In this document: positions 14,419-28,839 of the stretch, one piece after another | Layout: every line of letters starts with the position of its first letter | Numbering within the stretch: the stretch's first letter is position 1 | The notes under the pieces: generated by a model | The model's database searches: none | What the model was told of the DNA's origin: nothing | What the model saw: only the letters and a program-made list of their open reading frames with translations | Made by a program: the position numbers and the translations under genes | Origin: Chiloscyllium plagiosum | Lineage: Eukaryota | DNA length: 64,000 bases | Assembly (NCBI RefSeq): GCF_004010195.1 | Contig: NC_057752.1 | Span: 2,121,199-2,185,198 of the forward strand | Reading direction: 5' to 3'

Positions 14419-17400
14419 TAAGTAATTTTTCATCTCCTAGATTATACAATTTGTGATTCGGAGCATATTTATAATTTAATAACTATTACACATAACTAAA
14501 ATTTGATGTTTGAACCTGCTGTCATTTTCATTTAACATTTGATGAAGATAATTTATTCAAATTTGTAATATATTGATTGCTTTCATAACATTACCAAACC
14601 TCCAACTGTTTAAGTCAACGTAAGTTGCAATGAAAAAATTTATTGTACCTCCAATTTAAGGATTGCAGCTGATGATGAGTTCACCGATACAAAGTTTGCC
14701 GAAATAGCAGTTCAAATGCCTACAAGGTTTCAGAGCAGATTTGTACTAGCACTGACGCTAGCTCTGTGTTATTTGGATCTAATTTTACCCAGCAGGATTT
14801 ATATTACATTGAATGGGACTTGGAAGCCTAGAGGAGGTCATGAAGATCTAAAGGTTACAATATTTAATACACATAATGAAAGATGTTTAGCAACCTGCAC
14901 CTGTGGTGATATTGAAATTAATACGGGTACTTGTCAATCCATGATCATTATGATCTTGCAGATCTCAACAAGAAACATGTAATATTATTTATTGGTATTT
15001 ATCTGTTGATGTTCTGGTTCCATTTTTGTTGCATTCATCTGGCTCATCAAATTGATGCACCTGTATCACTGATTATTCAGATTGCTAAATACCTTTTAAA
15101 ACAGAAAATGAATTGTTGACACGCCTTGTTCAAGCATCTGACATTGCATAGATAATTGTCTAAGCAGTGCTTAAAGGAAAAGAATGAACACAATTATTAA
15201 CCCTTTGAGTGCTGATCTGGAATATTGCACCATGCAGCATCTTTAACATGTCCTTTCTCCACAAGGACACTGTCTCACAAAGAAAAGCTTGTTTAGAACA
15301 TAGCCAGTATTTATCAGGGAGCAGGGAGCAGAATAATTGAGATTGTAACATCGTGTTTGAGGGAATGTCAGGTTGCTGCACCATCTTGCATTGCACAGGC
15401 CTTGCTTAGTTCAAGAACTATCCAGTTTCTGACTCCTGACTGATCTGTCAGTCTCTCGATAGCTGCTGTCAGAAAGGGCACTGTGCTGACAAACAGACAA
15501 ATGTGTCACTGGAGAATCTTATCAGTGTGTGTGAACCCACAGTTAGCATATCACCATCTGACAGATATAGCAACTTGCAAATACAGATGAGGTGCAAAAG
15601 CAGCAGACTGAATGGAAAAAAGTTTGGCTGGATGTAGGTGGGTTGGTTTGATGTGCAAACATCAGCACTGCTTTTGGGAGTCACTCAATATTATTGGTCC
15701 AGAATATTTTGGAGCTTCTTTCAACTCCTTTCTGTGCTGAAAGAGAATATTAAAATAACATTGAAAAGGAACATATTCAACATAAAATGTGTCTTGATGT
15801 AGCATCTAACAGCAGACTGACGTATTATGTGACAGCAGAAAATTAGTGTGGAAGGAATAATTTGACATTGTAGCCCAGTTAATTGGTTAGGAGAGGTGGT
15901 TGGAGGACAGTTGAATGTAATGGGGCAGAGCCAAGTTTTTCTTCTGGAGCTTAGAGGGATACACCTGCTCCAATTGGCCCACAAAGAGACCAAAAAATAA
16001 ATATAGTCTGGCTCCTGATCACAACTGTGGAAGCTGTTGTATATGGAATATTACATTGGCTCTACCCACTCTACTGATATCACAATGTCTGTAGGTTGAG
16101 ACAAAGAATTCTATTTCAGCTTTTGGGAGGAACAGATGTATTTCTGCTAGCTCCCTAGATTCCAGGTAATTATACCTGACAAAATGTTGTTGTACCTATT
16201 GCTATCCTGCATAAGACCCTTTTGTTATCTGAGAACTCTGCCTCTTCTGTAGATATTCTATGTTGTTGGATCCTCTACCACTAATCAACTAGCTCAAGAC
16301 AAAGCAAACAGAAAGGATTGCTGGCAGTGAATTACTTCAAAACCTTTTACCCAGAAGCACACACTAATAGAGGTGGCAAATACGACATAATGCATGAGTT
16401 GTCCTGTGGAAAAATACCACATCTGACCCCCATCATGATGCGAAGAAATTCTGAAAACCCAGAGAAAAGATTAAAAGTTCAAGCATGTGAAATTGTCACA
16501 TTAAGAGCATTGTCACTCTAAGAGTCAGACAGCAACTAAAACACAGTTACCTGCATAGAAAGGCACTAACAACCAGGGAAGCAACAAAAAAGCCAAAACC
16601 CCACTCGAAAGGCAAAATTCCATTCAGAAGTTGGTAAGAAGTGCCTGAGCAAGAGTGTAGACTAGAAAAAGAAAGGAAATCCAACCTCATTACAAAATAC
16701 AGAGGCCTTAGCAAAGGCTGCTCTGTAAGAAGCAAGGAAGGCTCTGAGAGGTAAAGTTAGAGATCCTTAAGGGAAAAGGGAACAACTTTATGAAAAATGG
16801 TGTACAGGCTGGAAAGGGAAGGCAAAGGAACGTAAAAGAGAGTTCTCACCACTCGCATCAAGCATTGATGCCATTGCCATTCAGCTTCCTGAGGCGCAGT
16901 TTCAAACCACAGTGAAAGGGCCAGAAATCAAATTTAGACCAGAGTTACAGTCAGGAATACTTCAGAATTGATTTAAGCTGAAATCAAGCAAATTGAAAGA
17001 AATCTGGTGAAAGAATCTAGCAGAAGAAGAAAGTCAGGAAAAATTAAAGATTTAACATGACTGGGACTAAGCAACAATTAAGCCGTGATTTTGGCAAGAA
17101 GATTTAAAAAGGCTGCAGCTGGAGAACTTTATTTAAAAATTTGCATAGAAAAAGATGCTCGGATTTAGATTATGAACAGCAGGAACATATCAATTTTCCC
17201 CAGGGATGAAGTGGGACGTTTAGCTGCAGAATGCAGGAAACTCCTAGAAGAAATGGGTAGGCACCATTTTGATTGATAAAAAGATGGCAAAACTCAGTCA
17301 GCACTAAAGATACAGTATCACCAATGAACAGATTTTAAAAAGCGTTAAAGCAAGTAAATTCTGACCAAATAACCAGTAATACAAGTTACAGCTTTATAAA

Positions 17401-17499
17401 AGAATTTAATATAGTATTACAGAAATACAGTGTTATAAAGACTGACAAATAAAGGAACTTTTGCAACATTTTTGTGGTATAGAGTCTAACAAGCTCTAC

Positions 17500-19260
17500 A
17501 GTTCAATTTAAAACAGCATTGATGAATACAAACTTAGAGAGAACAGCAGATTTCAAGCAATTGAAATTATATAGATTTAAAATGCCTTTACAGTATTAAG
17601 GCTAATCAGCACATTGAGAAGAAATGGAACAATTATTGAATACTTTGGAGCAGATTCAAGGTCAGAGAAGGACCAAACCAAATATAAGATTGTACTTCAT
17701 GGAGGTGACCATTCTTCAGACACAGCATTGCCTCAAAATCAAACACTCCATGCAGAAGAAACACACAGCTGCAAAGTTTCAGGAAGGGAGGAGGATACAC
17801 ATGCAAAGACCTTTAATGTAATAAAGCAATTGCTTGAGAAAATATACCTGAGGCATTTATAGGGGAAATTGGTAATCTCAATGATCCAGGTTGCATAAAA
17901 CTTGTTAATATCAATGGATATTCAACTCAATTTAAATTTAATTCCAGTCCCGAGGTCATTATCCTGTCAGAGCAGTTATCATGGCTAAAAAAGAAAAAGC
18001 ATCAACCTACAGCAACTTGGTGTGCCGCAACTTCAACTTCCTTAGCAGAGAAGAAATTTGATGAACTCCTGGAGAGGAGACGATCCAGAAACGAACTCTT
18101 GTTGACTAACTAGTCAAGCAGCAGCCAGTAGAAGATTTCTTTGGGCTTCCTCGACTCATGACAACATCCAAAAAGTAGAGAGAATCTCTTGAGATTACTT
18201 ACGACAGCATGGAAGAAATGTTTCATATGGCCGAAAAGAAATGATGGCTAGCAAGCTAAGAGAGGAACAAATTTGACAAGAATTGAAGAGTGTTCAACAC
18301 TCTCTGCTATCATGTGCCAGTGTTGTTTTGAAGGATGACCAGAACAGAAATCTGGCACATTGGCGGAAAGCACATACTTTAAGCAGTGAGAGCATTTCAA
18401 GATTTTGGACAATCTATGAGTGTATGACATAGGACTTGCTAGCCTAGTTTCCCTTTCGGAGGGTGCATCAGAAAGAATACACAAGGCATGTGGTGTTGGG
18501 GAGGGGTGGTGGGAGGACACTTGTGCATTGCCAGGTATGCAACCATTAAGTCGTGTGGTGGCCAGATATCTTAAAAGAGATTGACGACCTTGTCTCTTGT
18601 TGTGCAATCTGCAATTATAAAGGATTGGTAGTCTGGAAAACACTCCCATCATCATCAAGGGCAGAGCAGAAGCAAACACTCAGCAAAACATGTGCAAAGA
18701 AGCAAATACTGGCAATAAAAATGTGAAGCACTATCTGCTTGAGCCCATTCAGGAATTTTCACTGATCATCTTGAGAAACAGAACAGTCAATGCCAGTGAC
18801 CAAGGAAGTGCTGGGTAAGCAGGAATCTTTCAGTAACATGACTGAGCATCTGAAAAGTTCTACTCTTGCCCCCCCAACCCCAGCCCCTTGTCAAGCAATC
18901 AGAATGGGCAACTGAAGGTCTCCCCCCTGATCTACAAATTGAGGCAGATAAGCTGCAGCCTACCCCATTGAAATCAGACTGGCATCCACAGATTTAAGAC
19001 ACCAGTGAAGAAGAGGAAACTGTCTCGTCTAAACATCCAGGATACTGCAAAAAAAGACCTGGCCTCTTTCAATTGTTAAGCTTTTGCCTGGTCTCGAAAT
19101 CCAGGATACTACAAAGATTAAAGTATTTGGTTTCAATAGAGTAGCCAACTTCCATGACGGACATTCATGAGATTCAAGGAGCCCAAATGATGATACAGTG
19201 CAACTACATGAGTTAACAGGGAAGAGTTCCTCTGCTAAGAGAATTCTGGAGATTAAGGAT
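17500..19260 (+). mobile_element. Highly degraded Gypsy-like internal region
   Basis: About 17910-17970 reads INGYSTQFKFNSSPEVIILS, resembling a retro-protease V.G....FKLDTGA.V..LS motif; A-rich gag-like sequence upstream. Confidence 0.4.
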
Positions 19261-20949
19261 ACATCCTCTTGATAAGGTGATCAAAAATGACATCTGTGGA
19301 GAACAACATCCTCCCAAGGGTATCAAAGAGATTAACGATCCACAGATCAGGACCAGGGTCAACAGACTTACCATTCAAGCAGCAGACTTACCATTCTCTC
19401 AAGGCTGAAGAGATGGCATTTGGACAAAAATGTGCCACATTCCGATCGAATGCATTTTTGAAGCCAGAGGCTTTTGGGGAAGGTGAGACAGTGGTAAATG
19501 CAGTGGAGTTGTATACATGATTAGTATTATGGGTTAACAATGAGGAACAACAGCTTGAGGAGAGATGTTGTATACAGGTAATAGTTCTGAGGGGTTAATG
19601 TTCATATATACTGGTTTCGCTCGTTCTACTGTTAATACACACAGTCTGTGCATGGAGATGAAGTGTTCTACTTTAGTTTTTGAAGGGATTGGATATATTT
19701 GTACCAGCTCCATGAGGTCTAAGTACTTATGTCTGAACAAATATAGTTGTACTTACTGCTATTATGCAATAAACCTCCTTGTTACCTAAGAAAATACCTG
19801 TTCGGTAGATACTGCATGGTGATGTACCCTCCACTACTAATAACTAGATAGGCCCAAGACAAAGGAGGATTAGGCCAATTAATTATTTCAAACAGCCATT
19901 GAATGGCTATCTGGGAAAACATCACAGAAGCCATGAAGACTTCATTGTGGAAGCCTCAGCTTAAAATTGCAGACAGACTCTGGTGTAGCACTGATTCTAC
20001 CCAGTTGCAAATCTATCACACATCGTGATATTTGGTGGATTAGGAATGCTTGTTGAAACTTGGAAGATAGCATCTACAATACAACAAGCAGCAACTTTAC
20101 TCCATTGACTTTCCAATGACATGCTGCCACATTCCTGAGGAGTTGTCCACTGAGCAAATGAGGAATGATTTAAAGATACCTTTGAAAAGCTGTTTGACGT
20201 AAGAATAAGGCAGTCATGTTTTCACAACTTCAACTTGTACACTGCCTGAGAGGTTGGCCAAGATTAGGGTTCAAGAACTCCTGAATGCTCAGGAAATGTA
20301 GGTGTGTTGGCCTCAGACTGAGAGAAAAAAATGGCCAAGATAGAGCTACCTGGGGAGTGATCTCTGGTAGTGGTGTTGTTTTCCTATGAACAACAAAGAT
20401 GCGGGGAAGCAAAGAACAAAAGGCAAGCTAAAAAGACTGGGTAGTTCCAGAAAAATCAGACAATGCATCCTTGCTTTCACTATGGAAAGCTATGTTGGAT
20501 TGCAATTGGACTCCACAGCCATGTTGGAACATAACAGATAACTCTACGCTCGGAAGAAACAACAATCTTTGATAAGGAAGAGAAACAGATCCTGTGTAAG
20601 AATGCACTTGTGTTCTTATGAATGTTTTTATGATTTAATTGCAAGAATAGAGGAAATCTCCTCCTTTGTAATAGAAAGAGGTGGATATACATTTCTGTTC
20701 AGTTAATCATATGGGAATTTGGAGAATGAATTGTTGCATGCAGTGACCGTCCCAGACTAAATACATGGGAGTGCTGCCCACACAGCTGATTTGTAACAGT
20801 AGCTTTCAAGAGACAGTTTTATTTCTTGCAGGACATGATGAGCTACATCATAACTATTTTCTACACCCCACCTCTGAGACTAAGAGCAGGGCAAAGTGTG
20901 AAATAAGCTTGACTTGTGTTTCTTATTGACACCGGAAGAGGTGTTCTGT

Positions 20950-21292
20950 TGTAATGCACTGCAGAAATTCACCAAAGCTCCTCAGACAGCACCTCTCAAA
21001 CCCACAACACTTCTATCTAGATGGGCAAAGACAGCAGATACATGAGAACACCACCATCTGCAAGTTCCCCTCCAAGCCGCTCACTATCCTGACTTGGAAA
21101 TATATCACCGTTCCTTCAGTGTCGCTAGGTTATAATCCTGGAATTCCCTCCCTGAGGGCATTGTGTGTCTACCTAGAGCACATGGACTGCAGCGATTCAA
21201 GAAGGTAGGTCACCATTCCATTTTCAAGGGCAAATCGAAACCCAATTAATGCTGGCCCAGCCTGTGATGCTCACATCCCATGCGTGAATAAA
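20950..21292 (+). mobile_element. L2/CR1-clade LINE 3' fragment (second family)
   Basis: Homologous to 32660-32985 and, inverted, to 46970-47300 and 53590-53800. Confidence 0.7.
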
Positions 21293-21997
21293 GAAAAGCT
21301 CAGCTAGTGAATTGCATTGTCACATGATTTGAATGATGAAATATGAGCTGCGATTTCTTAGGATTGCGAAAGGGAAACTGCTTAAATGAAAGGAGAGACA
21401 ACATAGGCCTTTAAAATAATGAAACCCATTCAAAGTGTCTAATGAGCATTGAACCAGAGAGGAATAATGCTTTGGAGTCCTGAAGCCACGGACATAAATT
21501 AAGGGTCAAGATAATAGTTGCATTTTCTTGCTCAGTGGCAGCAGTGGAATATACCTCCTTCATCGAGCTTGCTTATATGTGACAAACACTTTCACCAGCC
21601 TCTCCCACAACTGTGACATATGGTGCAGTTTTGCCAGCATCCTGGTTGAGCGATCTGTATGAAAATGCTTTCTTGTTCTCAGCAGCTGCTGATCCAACTT
21701 GGGAATCAGAACCTTTGCTGTTCCAGATCGATAGTCAGTGTAGCGGTAATGTGCGATCCGTTTGCTCAAGCTGCAACAGGAACAGCAGGTACAGAAAGTT
21801 GACAATGTTTTAGAACAATACAAAGTCTAAGTCTTTAATCCCGTTCAAAGAATTGAAGATTGATAACAGACAATGTTTTGAAGCTGAGAGCCTTGACAGG
21901 AGCTGCTTGACATTGATTCAACACTTTTGGCCAAATAGTACATGAGGTTTGGCTGTAAAAAGAAAACATTTGCGAGCATCAACGAAGAATGTCAAGA

Positions 21998-22556
21998 TAT
22001 CGGAGTATTGTGTACTGTTTTGGTCACTTAAGGAAGGATGTAAATGTATTTGAGGCTGTTTAGAGAAGGTTCACTCAATTGGTTCCAGAGATAAGAAGTT
22101 TGTCTTATGAAGAGAGATTGAACAGTTTAGACCTATACGCACTAGAATTTAGAAGGAAGAGAGGAAATCTAATGGAGGTATGTAAGATGTTAAAGGGGAT
22201 TGACAAAGTCGATGTACAGAGGATGTTTCTTCATGTGGGGCAATATTGAACGAGAGGTAATAGTTTTAGAATAAGAGGTAGCAGATTTAAAACAGAGATG
22301 AGGAGAAATTACTTTTCTCAAAGGGTCTTGAATTTTTGGAATTCACTGCCCTAGAGTGTGGTGGATGCTGGGACAGGGAGGTAAATTTTAAGGAGGAGAT
22401 AGACAGATTTTTAATTAGTAATGGGTTAAAGAGTTATGGCAAACAGGCAGGAAAGTGGAGTTGAGGCCGAGATACGATCAGCCATGATTGTATTAAACGG
22501 AAGAGCAGGCTGAAGGGGCTGAATGGCCTCCTGCTTCTCCTACTTGAGTTTTTATG
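21998..22556 (+). mobile_element. CR1-type LINE 3' fragment
   Basis: EYCVLFWS..RKD, LEFRRKRGNL and FKTEMRRNYFSQRV motifs plus CR1 3' UTR. Confidence 0.85.
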
Positions 22557-24760
22557 TCAAAGACATTGTCAAGAAGTTCTCCCTGGAACATCTCAATGAT
22601 GAACAAAGAAATTATAATGTGTGGACAGGGATCCTTGATGATAGTAATTTTGCTAAATCGTTGAGGAAGCCCAGAACCGTTGAGACGTTGAATGATCATT
22701 CCAGAATCTGACGCTAACTTTTGAAGAAATAAAGGGTCAGTGTGACCTTTTATTGCTCAAGTTGCTATTTCTCAACAATGTTTGGGAGTTTCTTGAAGAG
22801 CTATAGAGTACTGCTCTCCCAGTCTTGGTAAAGAATCTGACAACAGCAAAAAACTTTTACCCATGATAATTTTGGCAACTGATTCTTGCAAGCAAAGCTT
22901 GCTTCCAGGCAGAAAGAGAACCACAATGTCATACTTCCTTTAACATCTACAAAATAATGCATTTTTATTGATGTATCACTTTTCTTTAATTTGTAATGAC
23001 TGCATTTTCAGTGATTGGCATAATTGCACAAACTTTGGAAAACTGTCATCCAGGGCAGATCCCAATAAAAATGTAACTTGCCTAAACTTGAGATGTAGCA
23101 ATGCAGGAAGCTAAAATAGACTTGATTACTATATGTGCAAGACCTGATTTAACTTGAAAGGAATAGGGTTTGACTGAGTTGAAATCTGGCTTGAATGTTG
23201 AAATCAAATTTTTGCTTTTAGGCCTTTGCTAGTTGACTCCTAAGTGCGAAATAGTGTGACCAAGGTTATAAACTGTATAAACTGTCATCCTCTTAGCTGG
23301 ACTTAAAGCAGTTAATCGATGTGGTAAAGAGAAGCAGGCTGATATTGAGTTTTTTGTATAGAACAGTTGAGTTTATAAAGACAGGCTGAATGAATTTACT
23401 GCACTTCTGTGAGGAACTACGGTATGCAAATAAAGACAATGCGCTCAATTTCATATGCCTTATTGCGGGAAGCTTTAAATGTCGAATATAATAGGCATTT
23501 GATGGCTAAAGTGAAAAATTATTATAGCAATGGCTTGTGGAAGTTGATAATGGTTCCCAAGATAATTAGTAGTGGTTGCAGTGGCCACTGGAGTTTTCCA
23601 GGAGCTGATGTTGGAATCTGGGCTTTGATTAATCTAATGAGTGAATTGTAAGCAGAACAAATGTGTTTGTGGATCAGACTAAAATGTGGGAAGGCAAAGT
23701 GCCCTGTGCGAGAAAGACATTTACAGTGATACTGAGGGTAGAAATAAATATCATCGAATACAGTGAAATTCACTGATAATGCCTCTTTGTGTTTAAAAAG
23801 TCTAGTTCTGTAATGAGGAGAATACTATTAAAAATTAAAAATCAGAAGAAAGCAAGGCACATGATATTTGAAACAACCATTGACATCATTGTCATGTTGT
23901 GTGTCAGCAATTTGGACTGTCTGGATAAGTACATAGCCACTGTATAAGGCTTGAGACCACATTCAGTGTCTTGGTCTCTTTTACTGTATTGCCAGATATG
24001 ATGTTCCTCTGTCTGCTATGTAAAGCATATGTCTGTTATTGCTGCAGGTAATTTCTTGCCTCGTGCAGTCAAAAATACACACGAAAATTGGAAATGATAC
24101 AAAGATGAAGAACAAAGATGATACAAGGACTTACATTAAGTGTTCCTGAGCCTGGATTCATTCACAGTCTGAGGGAAAGAAGGAAGATATTAGTTAACTC
24201 CATAGAATCATGGATACTAGTAATCTTTACCTAAGTTCAGACAAGTGTTTGAGCTGAGAAACTCAGAAGCACCATTGATATGCGAGCTTGAGAATTAAGA
24301 AAAGCAAGAAAATTACTGCTGCTATTTGGGTCCAAAACATTAGTCATATGACAGACTGCAGGGATATTACTCAACAGGGATCTAGGAGTTCTGCTTAGTT
24401 GTGACACTCAAGGACAAACCTGAAGTCAGGATTCCCCTGCAGGGAAAGTAAAGGTTCCAAACTGTTTTCTTTGTGGAAAAAGGATTGAAATTCTCCTAAA
24501 ATACATGACGGGATGAGAAAGCAGCTCACGTCCAAAGTGACTCAATTACAAGTTGTCATTTTTTAAAAAAATAGCTTATAAATAGGTCATCACTGGCCTG
24601 TGAACTCATGGAAATAATGAACAAAGCATGCACACAATGAAAGACGCAATTTTTAATTTTTGAAAAAATGGTTTGCTGAACATTGCTTTGGTGCAAAATG
24701 TAGCCATGGTCCTCAAAGGGTTAAAATATAACCATGAATAACTGTGATTTAATTCTGCAG

Positions 24761-24852
24761 GTATGTAACAGAATTTGTAAACCTAGGCAATGTTTCAGCT
24801 CTTCGCACTTTCAGAGTATTGAGAGCTTTGAAAACTATTTCTGTAATTCCAG
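24761..24852 (+). CDS. scn8a: Mutually exclusive exon 5N (DI S3-S4), 92 nt
   Basis: CAG acceptor, CAG|GTAAGA donor; [30 protein letters not shown](G); Asn codon at 24780-24782. Confidence 0.93.
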
Positions 24853-24877
24853 GTAAGAAGTCTGTGATTGGTGTTAG

Positions 24878-25072
<195 letters not shown>

Positions 25073-25118
25073 TGACTTTTCCCGTTTGCAGTGCAAAAAT
25101 CTTTCAGCATATTGATAA

Positions 25119-25355
25119 TGCATGAGAAACTCATCAGCTCACTTGCTTTTAATTCAGTCAGTTGGGAGATATTGTTTGATTTCACTGGAGATATGCATGA
25201 ATGGCTCATTAGAAAAGATCTGAGCTTTTCCCAAAAACATAGGTGCTACATTTCACCTAATCACATTTCACTTAATCACATGAGGCTAAGATTGGGGAAA
25301 AAAACAACTAGGCCTCAAGCATCCTGATCACTATCCAATGGACTTGTACTGCATG
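25119..25355 (+). promoter_or_regulatory. Three TGCATG (Rbfox-type) motifs downstream of exon 5A
   Basis: TGCATG at 25119-25124, 25194-25199 and 25350-25355. Confidence 0.6.
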
Positions 25356-27060
25356 GACAAGATTAGAATTTGGCTCCCTCCCTCTCTCCAACAACTTAGC
25401 TTCTTTTCATGCTGTTTGAGGTTTGCAGTATGGGTTTACATATGAAAAAAAAGTCAGTTGGGCATAGTGCCATTGGATACTTGGCACTCATGGGAAATGT
25501 GCCCAAGATTGATTCAGTGCCTTCAGGGAGAAAAGGGGAGGACATCAGAAAAAAAAACACAGCTGCTTGAAATAAAGATTCACTGCAATAAAGAACCAGC
25601 TATCTGAATGCAAGTGATTCCCATTTCCTTTCTTTGTGTGTTTGCCTGGGTCATGGACTCTGGTGAAGGGCTTGACGGTTGACTATTGTGCATCTCCCTT
25701 ACAGCTACTTTCACTGGTGTGCTGGACCATTTGCTGAAAGTATGCTTGAAGGTAGAAACCTGCTGAGGCCGTTGTCATCTTTCAGTCAAACCGCCCTCCT
25801 GTTTCTTCACCCAGTGCTGCACCTTTGAATAGAGGGAAGAAAATTGCAGGACAGTGAAATTGCACTGTCATCAGAGGATGGGATTCTAACCCATATCTCA
25901 GTCTCTAGCACAAATAATTTGAGCTTAGGAGACTATAATAATTATGTTGTTCCCCACTTTTGACATAAATTAAAATACCTGGCATCTGTACATGATCAGA
26001 GGTGGCACCTGCACAGTTGATTTAAGAGTTGCAGTGCAATAAGCAGACTTATATCAGCACTGAAGATTAAAATGTTGCTGGTGAGGCCTAACCTTTCCTT
26101 GGAATTGTTCCACTGCGAGTGCCCTCTTGACAGCTCCTTCTCAAAGTTAACCTGATGATCACTAACTGAAAAATTCCTGTATTGCCAATAATAATGGATT
26201 CCCAAATTATTCTTGAAAACGTTTGCACATGACACAGTTGACATTCATATTTTCTTACAAAACTACATTCACCTGCATATGGCAGATAACGATTTACAAT
26301 ATTAATGCTTCTCTTTTTAAAAATGGTAAGATAGCTTGAATTTACTTTGACGTTTGCCTGCATTTTTGATTATAATTGACCCAAAAAAAGTTTTGATGAG
26401 AATTAGTATTTCACACTTTCATGTAACTATATTATTGATTCAGCCTTGGCGTTTAAGAAATGTGCATGGGATGTTAATCTAACCTGCTTGTGTTGTTTCT
26501 TATAAATTTGTATTTTTGCACCCTTATTTCAAGGATTCTTTGCACTTTGATCAACTCTACTCTACCTCTGCCACACTTGGGTTATATCTTTCTGCAATTT
26601 GCCAAAGGGAATAATGATCTAACCTTACAGAAAGTTATCTCAATTTGGTATTATTTTAAAACTGTGCTTTTATGAAAGAAGTATTCTCCTATATCTTTTG
26701 GTGGTTGCATTATTGACAAACCCTCTCTCAATCCTGGCTGTTAAGACTTTTGTGGAAGCAAAGTTTTTTTATAAACAAAAAATGGACAATTGAACCAGCA
26801 AACACAAACTCAATTCATGGAAGAATGGTTGGAATTCTCTTCAGGAGATGGTGAGCTTGGATGGAGGGAGGCAGCAGGATGGGCACTTAGTGAAGTGGGT
26901 GGTGACCATCCCCAAATAATGCCACCTTCCTATCTTCGCGAGAATTAGGGTTTTGGGCAGGAATGCTAACGGTCAGCCTTTATTAAAGGCATTTAGTGCC
27001 TGATCAAGGGACTGAATGCCGGGGAGGAGAGTCCAGAGAGGATGGCTGAGAGCCACCCTC

Positions 27061-28570
27061 TGTAGTGATTGTAACAAGGTCAGCCAGGTGCACAACGTAG
27101 AATGAGTTCCCTGATTGGGGCTGTTAATATGGTCCAATCAGGGAGCCCTGGCTGACAGATATAAACAGGAGGGTCAGAGGTTCTATTCACTCTGAGAGCT
27201 GGCTTTGAGCGGGTTGGATCAGCGTCAAGGACTCTCCACATGTACGTAAAGATTGGCTCGGTGAGAGGATACCGGCCTCTATGGAGTTAATTCAGTGGTG
27301 GCAAGATTGGGATTAATTATGTAACTGTGCAAAAACGCCTACTGGCTGAAGCCCAACTCGACTTCAACAGGCATTACGATGGCTTTATCATTGGAAAATA
27401 TGGCAAGTGGAGCATATGAGTTGCAGGGTATTCCGACTGAGCTTGGGGAACACCATTTGAGTGAAGGCAATTGCAGAACCTTGCTCAGGACATTTCCTGA
27501 ACAGAGGGACACTAAGTCAGCCCACAACAAAACCCCAAAACAAAACCAGGTCTCGGTCAAACGGTTAAAATGTTTTTCAGGATCCAGGCCAACAAACCAT
27601 TGTATTCCAGTATGCGGACAAAAGAATCCCACGAGCCCCAAATTGGGTAAGAGAATCCATAAGCCAGTGTCCAGGAGAGTACATACCCTGGAAAGTCCAC
27701 CAACATCTGATTTGGAACAGTTAAGTTGCTGAGCAACATGCAAATTAGATTGAATGAAAATAAATGTCTTGTTAAATGGTCACGGATAATGGGTCATCAT
27801 TTACCAGCAGGAAACTTGAGTATTTCCTAAAGTCAAATGGTATTCTTCATATGAAGACAGCTCCAAACCATCCATCATCCAATGGTCTGGCAGAAAGAGC
27901 AATCCAAACTTTGAAGGCAGGCTTAAAGAAACAGCCTACAACTTCACTTGATAATAAACTGTCCTGTTTGATTATCAGAGCATCCCTCATGCATTGACAG
28001 AGATAACTCCAGCAGATTTGCTGGAGAAGACTCCACACCAGGTTAAAACTGATCTTCCCAGATATGGGGTGGGGGTCCTGGATTGGGGGGAGGGAGAGGG
28101 CGAGGAGGTGTGAAAAAGCATCAGGACTGGACACAAGACTCCGCTAAGCGAGAGAGACAGTTTACTTTAGGGGACAAAGTTTGGTGTAGGAACCATGGGA
28201 ATAGCCCTGCATGGGTAAGAGGCATGATCACCACAAGGTCAGGTCCAGTGACTTATAAAGTTTTGGTAAGTGCGATGGTCCAGAACAAGCAGGTGGACCA
28301 TATGAGTGCTGTAAACCCGCAAACAGTACGAGAGCAAAACATGCCCGGCTCCTCGACAGCCTTTCTGACTGTTCCAGAACCCATGGATTCTTACTCTTCC
28401 TCGGAATCTGAGATGGACACAGCAGATCTCACTGCCTCGACGCCTTTGCTGCTTGAAGAAGAGAATCAATTTCTTCTGGGATGCTTTGGACGCAAGAGGC
28501 AAGCTACTGTGCATTACACACCACCTGTACTCGAGACAGAGGTGGAGGAACCTAACCCGATACTAAAACG
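27061..28570 (+). mobile_element. Internally deleted Gypsy LTR retrotransposon (5' LTR 27061-27294, integrase remnant)
   Basis: TG...CA LTR followed by GTGGTGGC (PBS-like); integrase core VTDNGSSFTS..HPSSNGLAERAIQTLK (27776-27997); C-terminal FTLGDKVWCRN..GPVTYKV. Confidence 0.85.
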
Positions 28571-28839
28571 CAGCATCAGCACAGGAGCTTCTCTCTGTTC
28601 TCTGCAGTCAAAACCCACATTAAACCTGAAGAAAACCAGTTCATCTTTCCTTCAGCAATTATTGTAAGCTGTGATTCTACCTTGATAAGTGAACTAGTGA
28701 CCTGATGTCTCTTGCAGACTAGTGGAAGGAGGAAGATGACTGAAAAGCAACATTTTGACCATAATTGTAAGAGTCATAATCTAAGCAACTCTTGATGGAG
28801 TTTGTGTTTCAATCTGCAGAGTGATTTTTTTTGTTTTAT

